A stretch of DNA of 64,000 nucleotides from a bacterium. GTDB lineage: Bacteria; Hinthialibacterota; Hinthialibacteria; Hinthialibacterales; Hinthialibacteraceae. The notes below the pieces were generated by a model. That model saw only the letters and a list, made by a program, of their open reading frames with translations, was not told the DNA's origin and did no database searches. Location: the NCBI GenBank assembly GCA_041946805.1, contig JBHGBC010000014.1, positions 1 to 64,000 on the forward strand, written 5' to 3'. The translations under genes and the position numbers were made by a program. Shown piece after piece: positions 37,089 through 46,408 of this stretch (positions are counted from its first letter, which is position 1; each line of letters begins with the position of its first letter).

Positions 37089-39398
37089 TTATTCCTTCCC
37101 GTGCTCTTCACTCACCCGCAAAATCAACACTCCCCCCCCGGGCGGTTCGGGATTCTCGCGGGAACGGAACACTTCCTGCAACATCCCTCCATCCAACAAT
37201 GTCTCCAGGGCTTTGATGTTGGGGGATTGTTTTTCCGCCGCCTCCAACCGTTGGGTGAAACGCTGGACCCATTGCTCATACGCGTAGGGAAACCGGATCC
37301 GGGTGTATTCCTTCTCATATAATTCGCGCAACAGAGGTTCGCCTTTGCCGAGGGGCAGCCGGAAGAGGCGGTAAAATCCATAATACCCCGGGCTGTTGAT
37401 TTTCCCGCGGTCGTAAACGATGTACCGGATCCCTTCTTTCCGCAGGCGGGCCAGGAGCGCATCGGCCGACGGGCATTCCCACGACCAGGCGATCAATGGA
37501 TCCGTGTTGAACCAATCGGCCCCGATGAAATCATTGGGACAATAGAAGGGATGCTCAATCCCGTGTAACAGCACCTTTTGTTCCGGGGCCGTGTTATCCC
37601 GCAGATACCGGAATGCCTGGCAGGGGCCGCGGGTGAAGTCGGAGACGTTTTCCAGGTAATCCTCCTGGCTGACCTGGCCGCTCATGACCCACCAGGGCGC
37701 GTTCTTGGTGGGCAGCAGGATGCTGGCGGATGTGAAGAGGATATTGTAGAAAACCGCCAGCAACACCCCGTATTTCGTCCAGCGGGACGCGGCGGCCAGT
37801 TCCTCCACCACAAGCCCCATCAGGGGGGCGGCCACCGCCAGGCCGGGCAAAAGAAACCGCGTGTCGCGGTACGTATAGGCCCACAGCAGATACAGAAAAA
37901 CGGAAAACGCCAGATGCCCGGCCGCGCGCGGGGTCCATTTTTCCCGTAGCGGCAGAAACGGACCCAGCAGGAGCCAAACCGCGCCGATGGGCCACGAACC
38001 GAAATTGTCCGGATGGGACGCCATATCGCCAGGATAGAACGTCGCGCGGAACGGGAGGGTCAGGAAATCGTAAACGCGATCGAGCAGCGGGGCTTGCAGG
38101 ATGGCCGTGAGATTGCCCTTCAACCCTGCGTGATACTGGAAGAAGAGAGCGTTGAAGCCGGTCCACTCCGGGGTGGAAAACAGGCCGCGCGCGAAGGGAT
38201 ACACGGGATTTCCCAGAAGAATGAGATTCTTGATGTACCAGGGACAGCCCACCAGGGCCGCCACCCCGCCGTACAGCAGGGCCGGCCGGAGATGGGATTT
38301 CAGATTATGGAAAGCGAACACTGGCCGGAATCCCGCGTCCACCGGCCCGAGCAGCAGGAGCATGAAAAACGCCACCGTGGTCACGGCCGTGTATTTGCAT
38401 CCCAACAGGCAGCCCCCCACCACTCCCAACAGCCGGATCGTGGGCCAAGGAAGGGAGTCCGGAGCCGTCCGGCGGGATTCAAACACTTCGAGGGCCAGGG
38501 AAAAACCCAGAAGGGTATAAAACGCCAGGCCGAACTCCATGAACGACCAGGAGGCGAAGATCGGCGCGAACGGCATGGAGGCGAGAATCAGGGCGGCGTA
38601 GACGCCGGCCCGCGGCCCGGCCAAGGTTTTCCCCATCCGGGCGGCCAGCAGGACCGTGAGCAGATAATACGAGGCGTGGATGAACTTGGGGCCCGAGATC
38701 AACCCGAAGGCCAGGGGGATGGCGTACAGGTATTCGATCAAAAAGGGAAAATTGGAGAAGGCGAGGTGGGGCATGAGGTAAAATCCCCCGTGCCGGAGAT
38801 ACAACCACGGGACCGCCAGATGATACCGCAGGCCGTCCGATTGCGTGGGCGGCATGAGGCACGAATAAAAGGCGTACAGCAGTGGAAGCGCCAACAGCGC
38901 CAGAGCAATCCGGAGGTCGAAGGGCTCTGTCCGCCACCGCGCAAACCGGTCCGGTATCCGTTGCCAATTCGGCAACGCCTGGAAAACGGCCGGCCCCACG
39001 AATCCGAGCGTCAGGAGCACGCACACGGCGAGGATGATGGGAAATGTAAAAAATTGTAAAAGCGCCAGGGCAAAGAAAACGAAAGACACCGCGCCCCATC
39101 CGACCGGCACCGTGAGGGTCAGGGGAAGCGGGCCGGCATAGCGCAATCCCTTGGCTACCAGGATTTTACCCACGCCATGTCCGAGCAGCCAAAACCACGC
39201 GATGAAGAGAAATTCCCGGACGTGGGCGGTATAGACCGAGGGAGCGAGCGTGTAGGCGAAAGCGTAATAGTTATAAGCCAGAGCTTTCCAATTGGCGGGA
39301 TTGTGGTATACGTAGAGGGGAACCACAGCGGCGGCCAGTACGAAAAAAATCAGCCCCTTGTTGGCGTTTTGGCCTAATCGACAGGAATTTGGGTTCAC
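37089..39398 (-). CDS. Polytopic membrane glycosyltransferase, GT-C/ArnT-PMT-like
   Basis: Multiple TM segments; DGLRYHL first-loop motif, GCKYT, PWYIKN..GNPVYP and RFLLP. Confidence 0.75.
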   Translation of the reverse strand: MNPNSCRLGQNANKGLIFFVLAAAVVPLYVYHNPANWKALAYNYYAFAYTLAPSVYTAHVREFLFIAWFWLLGHGVGKILVAKGLRYAGPLPLTLTVPVGWGAVSFVFFALALLQFFTFPIILAVCVLLTLGFVGPAVFQALPNWQRIPDRFARWRTEPFDLRIALALLALPLLYAFYSCLMPPTQSDGLRYHLAVPWLYLRHGGFYLMPHLAFSNFPFLIEYLYAIPLAFGLISGPKFIHASYYLLTVLLAARMGKTLAGPRAGVYAALILASMPFAPIFASWSFMEFGLAFYTLLGFSLALEVFESRRTAPDSLPWPTIRLLGVVGGCLLGCKYTAVTTVAFFMLLLLGPVDAGFRPVFAFHNLKSHLRPALLYGGVAALVGCPWYIKNLILLGNPVYPFARGLFSTPEWTGFNALFFQYHAGLKGNLTAILQAPLLDRVYDFLTLPFRATFYPGDMASHPDNFGSWPIGAVWLLLGPFLPLREKWTPRAAGHLAFSVFLYLLWAYTYRDTRFLLPGLAVAAPLMGLVVEELAAASRWTKYGVLLAVFYNILFTSASILLPTKNAPWWVMSGQVSQEDYLENVSDFTRGPCQAFRYLRDNTAPEQKVLLHGIEHPFYCPNDFIGADWFNTDPLIAWSWECPSADALLARLRKEGIRYIVYDRGKINSPGYYGFYRLFRLPLGKGEPLLRELYEKEYTRIRFPYAYEQWVQRFTQRLEAAEKQSPNIKALETLLDGGMLQEVFRSRENPEPPGGGVLILRVSEEHGKE

Positions 39399-39551
39399 CG
39401 GCGGTTACCTTTTTTTCAAGTCGGCGCATGGGAAATGCCGAGCGCGGCCGGATTCAGCCTGAAACCCCACAAGCATAGGCAATTTTGGTTCCATTCCCTA
39501 GTGACCCGGCGCGGTCTCGATCATGGTAAAGGTTTCGGCTCCCGTCCCACA

Positions 39552-41594
39552 ATGATACGCGTCCAGCTGCCCTTCCAACTGAAGATATTCCTCTTGTTCT
39601 TCCTGGTATTCGCCCTCTTGTTGTTATTGAGCACCAACCGGGTCAACCGGCTGGTCTCTCAAAGCATCATCGAATCCAACGAAAAGCACTTCGAAGGATT
39701 GAAAACCATATTTTATAACCTTCTCGGATTTCGTCTCGACACCACCCGAAACGAGGCCTTGATGCTCGCCGATCAAGACTATCTGCGCCAGGCGCTGCAA
39801 ATCGCCCGCGAAGGGAAACTGGTGAAGAGCTTTCTCGTCCAATCGTTTCCGGGCGCGCGGCGGCGGGATCTGATCGTGGTCACGGACAGCCAGGGGAACG
39901 TGATCGATGGAACCATCCGGCTGCGCCGGGGAGAGACGCCGCGGATCATCGCGGATGCCGCGGAAATCCAGTCTTTGCTGCAATCCTGGACCGCCCTGAA
40001 AGAAGCGTTGTCCGGCTACACCAGCGTCTTCTACATCCCCGTGGGCCCCACGGCTCCGGCGAGCCTGTTCGCCGTCGTCTCGGTCCCGGTCATCCAAGGG
40101 GGAGAAGAAAATCCCGTGCTGGGAACCGTTTCCATGGGGTTCCCCGTGGATTCCACTCTGGCCAACGAGCTGCGGCGGGGCAGCCCGTTTCATATCGGTT
40201 TCGTCTTGGGCAATGAAGTGGTGGCTTCCACCTTCGAGCCGGAGCAACAAGCCCGGTTCATGAACACGTGGGCGCGCCTGCCCCAAGCAGACCAGGCATC
40301 GATGCGGGACCGGGCGCGGATCATCGAGATCGGGTCCGGCCGCTATCTCGCCGTGGCTTCCTCGTTTCCCACGTTGGGAGAGAACCGGGGATACTACCTG
40401 ATTCTCAGCCCAATGGAAGAGACCATGTTTTTTTTGAACCAGCTCAACCACTCCTTGTTCCTGGTGAGGCTATTCATCATCACGGGAGCCTTGCTGGTGG
40501 TTTATCTCCTGGCCCGGCGGGTGGTCGCGCCGGTCTCCACCCTGGCCCGGGCGGTCTCGCGGATCGCGGAGGGCGATTACCGCGCCTCCGCCACGGTGCG
40601 CACGGGCGACGAACTGGAGATCCTGGGGAGGGAAATCAACCGCATGGCTCAGACTCTCCAGCGCCGCGAGATGGAAATCCAGGATTATGTCAAGCAAATC
40701 GAGCGCTGGAACCAGGATCTGGAATCCAAGGTGATGGAACGCACCCAGGATCTGGAAGAAAAAAACCAGACCCTGCGCCTCGTCTCGGAAGAACTGGGAC
40801 GCGCCTACGCCCGGATCGACGAGGAACTCCAGGGCGTGGGCGAACTGCAGAAAATGATTCTCCCGGATCTCTTGTTCGACCGGGAGGGACTGAACATCCG
40901 CGCGTTCTATCTTCCCAACGGACGGGCGGGAGGCGATTACTACGATTACATCCCGCGGGATCCGGAGATCCTCTTTGTATTGATCGCCGACGTGGCGGGC
41001 CACGGCACGCCGGCCGCGTTCGTCATGGGGATCACGCGGGCGATGGCCCACACGTTGATCATGCCGAACAGTTCCCCCGCCGAGGTCTTGTCCAACCTGA
41101 GCCGGGTGCTGATCAACACCCTGCGCGCCGGCGAATTCGTGACCATGTTCCTCGGCCGGCTGGACCTCAAAACCCTCGAATTCCGCTACGCCTCGGCCGG
41201 CCATCATCCCCCCCTCCTGTTCCGCAAACCCCCAGGCGCCCTCGAGGAACTGCCAGTGGGACGGGGCATGCCCCTGGGGATTGTGGACGATCCGGTCTAC
41301 GAGGAACTCAACGCCGTCCTCCACCCCGGAGACCGCTTGTTTCTGTACACCGATGGCATCGTGGAAGCGGCCAACAGCCGGCGGGAATTGTATGGATTCC
41401 TCCGGTTGCGCACCCTGATCCGCAACCACCGGGACCTCCCCGCCGGCGAGCTGCTGAACACGATCCTGCGGGACCTGGAGGCCTTCGCGCAGCGGCCCTT
41501 GGACTTGGAGCCCCTGGAAGACGACATCACCCTGATGGTATTGGATTTACAGACCGCGAGCCTGACGGCGCCGGGCGCTTCGGAGTCCGGATAA
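39552..41594 (+). CDS. Sensor/HAMP/PP2C (SpoIIE/RsbU-type) phosphatase
   Basis: Two TM segments, HAMP (GDELEIL), GGDYYD, IADVAGHG, YTDGIVE and DDIT. Confidence 0.9.
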   Translation: MIRVQLPFQLKIFLLFFLVFALLLLLSTNRVNRLVSQSIIESNEKHFEGLKTIFYNLLGFRLDTTRNEALMLADQDYLRQALQIAREGKLVKSFLVQSFPGARRRDLIVVTDSQGNVIDGTIRLRRGETPRIIADAAEIQSLLQSWTALKEALSGYTSVFYIPVGPTAPASLFAVVSVPVIQGGEENPVLGTVSMGFPVDSTLANELRRGSPFHIGFVLGNEVVASTFEPEQQARFMNTWARLPQADQASMRDRARIIEIGSGRYLAVASSFPTLGENRGYYLILSPMEETMFFLNQLNHSLFLVRLFIITGALLVVYLLARRVVAPVSTLARAVSRIAEGDYRASATVRTGDELEILGREINRMAQTLQRREMEIQDYVKQIERWNQDLESKVMERTQDLEEKNQTLRLVSEELGRAYARIDEELQGVGELQKMILPDLLFDREGLNIRAFYLPNGRAGGDYYDYIPRDPEILFVLIADVAGHGTPAAFVMGITRAMAHTLIMPNSSPAEVLSNLSRVLINTLRAGEFVTMFLGRLDLKTLEFRYASAGHHPPLLFRKPPGALEELPVGRGMPLGIVDDPVYEELNAVLHPGDRLFLYTDGIVEAANSRRELYGFLRLRTLIRNHRDLPAGELLNTILRDLEAFAQRPLDLEPLEDDITLMVLDLQTASLTAPGASESG

Positions 41595-41789
41595 GGTTCT
41601 GGGACCTGCCGACAAATCCCAGGGAGGATTATACTATACTCATCCAGCCGCGGGAGACATGCGCGGGAGGAAGAGAACCACCGGTCCGGAGACATGGAAA
41701 ACCGAATCCCAGACGCGGTTCCGCCGGATCCGGAACAGCGCAAAGATCCAATTATCGGAATGGCTCGAAAGCCGGAGTGATTTAAAACC

Positions 41790-42668
41790 ATGAAACGGCG
41801 CCTTCCTTTTATCCTGTTCTGGTGGATGGGGATAATCACGGCGAACGGCCCGGCCGGGGCCGCGGATTGGAAAGCCGATCTCGACGCCGCCTTGAAAGCC
41901 GGCCAGGCCAAAAACCAACCCGTGGTGGCCTTTTTCTTTCATCCGTTTTATTATCAGAATCCCGCGCGCAAGCGGGAGGATTTTCTCGTCTGGGAAAGCC
42001 CGCTGGTCACCCGGTACGATCCGGATTTCATCCACGTCAAAGTGGACGTGGAAACGAACGCCGACATGGGGACAAAGTACAAGGTGAGCACGTTTCCCGC
42101 GGTGTTGTTTTTCGATCCCCAGGGCCGGGAAATATTGGCCTTGCGCATCGAAAACGAGCCGCTCAAACGGTACCTGCTCGCCGAACGCCTGAAAGCGGCG
42201 TTGACCCAGATCGACGAATTCACGTTGGTCGAACAGCAAATCCAGAAAAACACCACCAATCCCCAATTGGTCCTCTCCTACGCCAAGGGGCTGCGGGACC
42301 GCGCCCAGTTCGACAAGGCGGAGGATCAATTCCAACGCTTGTTTCAGTGGCCCGGCCTGGACGCGAAGATGGCGCAGGACGCCCAGAGCGCGTATACCAA
42401 CCTGGTTTTCTTCCGCGCCTCGGTGGATTTTTACGAGGGCAACTACGACCGGTGCATCGACGAGATGAAGCGCTTTCTCGAAAAGAATCCCGCCAGCGAG
42501 GCGGTCCCCCAGGCCCAATGCCTCCTGGGCATGGCCTTGTATGAAGGCGGCCGGCCGAAGGAAGGGGAGAGCCTCCTGCAGAAACTGTCCCGCAACAGCC
42601 AGGCGGGACCGTTCCAGGAACAGGCCAAACGCTACCTGGATGAGAAAAAGGGAGGGAAAAAGCGCTGA
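41790..42668 (+). CDS. Exported thioredoxin-fold + TPR protein (no CxxC)
   Basis: Signal peptide; LDAALKAGQAKNQPV...VKVDV...YKVSTFPAVLF; C-terminal TPR. Confidence 0.7.
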   Translation: MKRRLPFILFWWMGIITANGPAGAADWKADLDAALKAGQAKNQPVVAFFFHPFYYQNPARKREDFLVWESPLVTRYDPDFIHVKVDVETNADMGTKYKVSTFPAVLFFDPQGREILALRIENEPLKRYLLAERLKAALTQIDEFTLVEQQIQKNTTNPQLVLSYAKGLRDRAQFDKAEDQFQRLFQWPGLDAKMAQDAQSAYTNLVFFRASVDFYEGNYDRCIDEMKRFLEKNPASEAVPQAQCLLGMALYEGGRPKEGESLLQKLSRNSQAGPFQEQAKRYLDEKKGGKKR

Positions 42669-43789
42669 GAACGGTCCACCTGGATTGCCGGCATTACCGG
42701 GGTGACCGGCCGTGTCAGCCCCACAAGGACCACGGGGTATTCTGCGAAGGCTGCCCTCACTACGACCCCCTGGATTGCCGGGTGTTGATCATCAAATTGG
42801 GGGCCGCGGGCGATGTGTTGCGGACCACGGCGCTGGTTCCCTCCGTCAAGGACCTCTATCCCCGTTCGCACATCACCTGGGTGTGCGGCCCCAAAAGCAC
42901 CGCGCTCATCCGGAACCATCCCCTGATCGACCGGCCGCTGGCGCTGGCGGACGAAACGCTGGTGATCCTCGACCAGGACCGGTACGACCTCTGCGTCAAT
43001 TTCGACCTCGCCCCCGAAGCCGTTTCGCTCGCCATGCGGGCGAAGGCCGATCTCTACAAGGGCTTCGGACGCCGTCCGGACGGTTCCGTCTTCGCCTTCG
43101 ATTCCAGCGGCGAAACCTGGCTGGAGATGAGTTTATGGGACGACCGCAAAAAGGCCAACCGGCTCACCTACCAGGCCCACATGCGGCGGATTCTCGGCGC
43201 GCCCGAGCGCAACCACCCCATCTACGTTCCCCTGCTGCCCGAACTGCAGCCGCAGGCGGACGAATTCCTGGACCAGCATGGGCTGCGGAATACCTTTCCC
43301 CGGATCGGATTCAACGTAGGAGCGGGCGACCGCTGGCAGCATAAAAAATGGACGGTGGAAGGCTACGTGTCGCTGGGCGAACGTTTGTACCGGGAATTGA
43401 ACGTCCGGCCCATCATCCTATACGGCCCGGCGGATTACGAACGGGCCCAGGAAGTGATGCGCGCCATGACCGTGCCGTTCATCGACGCGGAACTGCGTCC
43501 CTCGATGATGGAATTCATCACCATTCTCAATGTTTGCGGCCTGGTGGTCTCGGGCGATACCTTCGCGCTGCATGCGGCCTTGGGATTGGGAAAACGGATC
43601 GTGTGTCTGGTCGGCCCCACCTCCGCGTCCGAACTGGAACTGTACGGGCAGGGCGTCATCCTGCAGGGTGAAATCGATTGCCTGGGATGCTACCTGCCCC
43701 GGTGCGCCAAGGATCCCCATTGCATGAAACTCCTGGCGGCGGACCGGGTTTACGCCGCCATTCTGGAACAGTTGGAGAAACAGCCATGA
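42665..43789 (+). CDS. Glycosyltransferase family 9 (heptosyltransferase-like) with Cys-rich termini; probable CTG start
   Basis: IIKLGAAGDVLRT, KKW, SGDTFALHAA and GPT; in-frame upstream DCRHYRGDRPC...CEGC segment. Confidence 0.85.
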   Translation: MRTVHLDCRHYRGDRPCQPHKDHGVFCEGCPHYDPLDCRVLIIKLGAAGDVLRTTALVPSVKDLYPRSHITWVCGPKSTALIRNHPLIDRPLALADETLVILDQDRYDLCVNFDLAPEAVSLAMRAKADLYKGFGRRPDGSVFAFDSSGETWLEMSLWDDRKKANRLTYQAHMRRILGAPERNHPIYVPLLPELQPQADEFLDQHGLRNTFPRIGFNVGAGDRWQHKKWTVEGYVSLGERLYRELNVRPIILYGPADYERAQEVMRAMTVPFIDAELRPSMMEFITILNVCGLVVSGDTFALHAALGLGKRIVCLVGPTSASELELYGQGVILQGEIDCLGCYLPRCAKDPHCMKLLAADRVYAAILEQLEKQP

Positions 43790-44541
43790 AGTCGATCGAG
43801 GACGATCCCTCCGTCAACTGGCGGAATTATCAACGCGTCCGGTTCATCAAGGGATTCTACAAAATCCGCGGAGTCGTGGAGGAGTTGTGCGGCCAGTATG
43901 AAAAGCGGAAGGAAATCGCGCATGAAACCATCGACCTCCTGCTGGAAACGCAGCTGCGGTCGTTGAAAGACCTCTCGCACGTGCTTTACCGCATGCCGGA
44001 TGACACCCGGATCGACCGGAAACAACAACGGCTCTTCGACAAGGTCCTGGGCGAATTGTGGCACGAGCTGGACAAGGCGCGGGACAACATCCGCATCCTC
44101 GAAGTGTACGCCGGCGAAGTCCACGCCGGTGAGGATAAGGTGGGAATGGCCTTGGGCCGTCTGGACAAACAGATTCTCAATACCGCCCGGCGGGATCTGC
44201 CAATGCAAATGCGCCGGGTGCGGCGGGTGGTGAATGTCCTGGTCCCCCTGTTCGAGCAGATTCTGCCCATCTACCGGAACAATCCCATTGTGCTGCGCAC
44301 GGTGTACTTCGACCGGAAATCCTTGGACACTTTGTGCCCTCCCTCCGCCATCGGATACTTCTACCCCATCATTTATGGCTCCGTGGGGGAGGGATATCTC
44401 GAGTTGATCCGCTCGTTGTTGGAAACCAAGCACCGCTCGCAAGCGCAAACCGTGATCCAAGAAATGGAAGCCTGGGTGGAAACGCATCCCGAACAGCAGA
44501 CATTCCTCGAAAAAGCCCGGAAAGCGTGGCACCGGGGATGA
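43786..44541 (+). CDS. Hypothetical helical protein
   Basis: ATGA overlap with the GT9 stop; GGAG RBS; typical codon usage. Confidence 0.75.
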   Translation: MKSIEDDPSVNWRNYQRVRFIKGFYKIRGVVEELCGQYEKRKEIAHETIDLLLETQLRSLKDLSHVLYRMPDDTRIDRKQQRLFDKVLGELWHELDKARDNIRILEVYAGEVHAGEDKVGMALGRLDKQILNTARRDLPMQMRRVRRVVNVLVPLFEQILPIYRNNPIVLRTVYFDRKSLDTLCPPSAIGYFYPIIYGSVGEGYLELIRSLLETKHRSQAQTVIQEMEAWVETHPEQQTFLEKARKAWHRG

Positions 44542-44578
44542 AATCCCGGCCGGCCCATTGTTTCAGAAATCAACATCC

Positions 44579-45316
44579 ATGGACGTGTTCCGTATTACCC
44601 GCCAATTGGCCGCCGATCTCGCCCCGTTGACGTTTTCACCGCCTGTCACCCATGTCTACAATCCCCTGCAATACGCCTGGGAATCCCACCGCCGGTACCT
44701 GGAACGGTACGGCCAGGGACGCAAAACAGCGTTGCTCGTCGGCATGAATCCGGGCCCCTGGGGCATGGCCCAGACCGGGATCCCCTTCGGCGATACGGTC
44801 TGGGTCCGCGATTGGCTGGGACTGGACGGAGAAGTTGAACAACCGGCGCGGCCGCATCCCAAACGGCCCGTGGAGGGATTCGCCTGCCGCCGCCGGGAAA
44901 TCAGCGGTTCCCGCCTGTGGGGCTGGGCGCGGGCCCGGTTCGAAACGCCGGACCGGTTCTTCCAGCACTTTTTCGTCCTCAATTTCTGCCCGCTGTGCCT
45001 CTTCAGCCGGGAGGGCAGAAATATCACGCCGGACCAGCTTCCCACGAGGGACCGCGATCCCCTGGAAGCGGCGTGCGGCCGCGCCTTGCGGCGGTTCGTG
45101 GAGTATTACCGTCCGGATTACGTCATCGGCGTGGGGGGCTTCGCGGAAAAACAAATCCGGAACGTGGCCGGCGGTCCGGGAATTATCATCGGCAAGATTC
45201 CCCATCCCAGTCCGGCCAATCCTCAGGCCAACCGGGGCTGGAGCGAAGCGGCCGAGAAGCAACTCGCGGACTTGGGAATCCTGGAGCGGATACAGCATGA
45301 CCCGCGCGGCCGGTAG
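44579..45316 (+). CDS. SMUG1-type (family 3) uracil-DNA glycosylase
   Basis: VYNPL.YA, GMNPGPWGMAQTGIPFG, EISGSRLW and HPSPANP. Confidence 0.9.
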   Translation: MDVFRITRQLAADLAPLTFSPPVTHVYNPLQYAWESHRRYLERYGQGRKTALLVGMNPGPWGMAQTGIPFGDTVWVRDWLGLDGEVEQPARPHPKRPVEGFACRRREISGSRLWGWARARFETPDRFFQHFFVLNFCPLCLFSREGRNITPDQLPTRDRDPLEAACGRALRRFVEYYRPDYVIGVGGFAEKQIRNVAGGPGIIIGKIPHPSPANPQANRGWSEAAEKQLADLGILERIQHDPRGR

Positions 45317-45342
45317 GGAGGGTAACGCCGCGAAGGAAGGGA

Positions 45343-45377
45343 TTCCCTCACCCCGGCCCTCTCCCAGAGGGGGAGGA
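45343..45377. repeat. BoxC-like palindrome
   Basis: tccctcaccccggccctctcccagagggggagg. Confidence 0.7.
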
Positions 45378-45496
45378 GTGGAAATGACCCGCCATGGATC
45401 GATCCCGAAAATCACCATCCAATTCCGCCCCTTTTTGTTGTTTTCCGGCCCCCGGAGTGCGATAATCATCCCCATCCAGGTTCCGGAGGGGATATC

Positions 45497-46345
45497 ATGA
45501 AAAGCCGATGGATCGCCACACTCGTTGTTCGGGTTTCAATAACCGGATTGGGCCTCGCGCTGCTCTCCGGGTGCGCCACGGGTCCGGCCGGCCGGAAGAC
45601 GGCCGCCTTGGGGCCGGGCGGGAAAGAATGGGTGGCCGAAATCCCCAATTTGCTTCCCGGAGCGAAACCATTGATCTTGGCGCGGATCCCCGCCGGGTCC
45701 TTTAAAATGGGCAGCCTGGAGACCGAGGCGGGACGGGATCCCGATGAATCCCCGGTCCACGAAGTGATCCTAAGCCATGATTTCTATCTCGGCCGGTATG
45801 AGGTCACGCAAGCGCAATGGGCCGCCCTGATGACCGAGAATCCCTCATCCACCCGGGGAGCGGACCTGCCCGTGAACCGCGTCAGCTGGGAGGATTGCCA
45901 GGAGTATCTCAAGCGCCTCAACCAGACCCTCCAGGACACCCGCTTCCGTCTGCCCACCGAGGCGGAACGTGAATACGCCTGCCGCGCGGGAACCGTCACC
46001 GCCACGTATTTTGGTGAAAATCCCAGCGCTGAAGACCTCGAAAAGCATGCCTGGTTCCGGGAGAATTCCGAGGGAGAATTGCATCCCGTGGGCCTCAAGC
46101 AACCCAATCCCTGGGGCTTGTACGACTTGTACGGCAACGTATGGGAATGGTGCCAGGATTGGTATGGTCCCTATCCAGACCCGTCCCAGACGAATCCCTC
46201 CGGACCGGACGCGGGCCAGGAAAAGGTGTTTCGCGGCGCGTCCTGGATGGCCAAGCCCCAGTACCTCCGTTCCGCCGACCGGGGCAAGTTTCCCCCCGAC
46301 GCCCGGCAAAACACGGGGGGATTCCGCGTGGCCTGGGGGCCCTGA
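45497..46345 (+). CDS. Lipoprotein with FGE-sulfatase (SUMF1) domain
   Basis: Lipobox LLSGC; YEVTQAQW, RLPTEAE.EYACRAG, NPWGLYDLYGNVWEW and GFRV. Confidence 0.9.
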   Translation: MKSRWIATLVVRVSITGLGLALLSGCATGPAGRKTAALGPGGKEWVAEIPNLLPGAKPLILARIPAGSFKMGSLETEAGRDPDESPVHEVILSHDFYLGRYEVTQAQWAALMTENPSSTRGADLPVNRVSWEDCQEYLKRLNQTLQDTRFRLPTEAEREYACRAGTVTATYFGENPSAEDLEKHAWFRENSEGELHPVGLKQPNPWGLYDLYGNVWEWCQDWYGPYPDPSQTNPSGPDAGQEKVFRGASWMAKPQYLRSADRGKFPPDARQNTGGFRVAWGP

Positions 46346-46408
46346 GGGAGACGTGCATATCGGTGCAGGCCGGAGGCCCGCGCGACCAAAGGATCGTGAT
46401 CCGCCTTC

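Noticed and set aside
45497..46345. FGE-sulfatase genes as diversity-generating retroelement targets
   Set aside because: No reverse transcriptase and no adenine-variant template repeat seen in the window; the two FGE C-termini differ throughout
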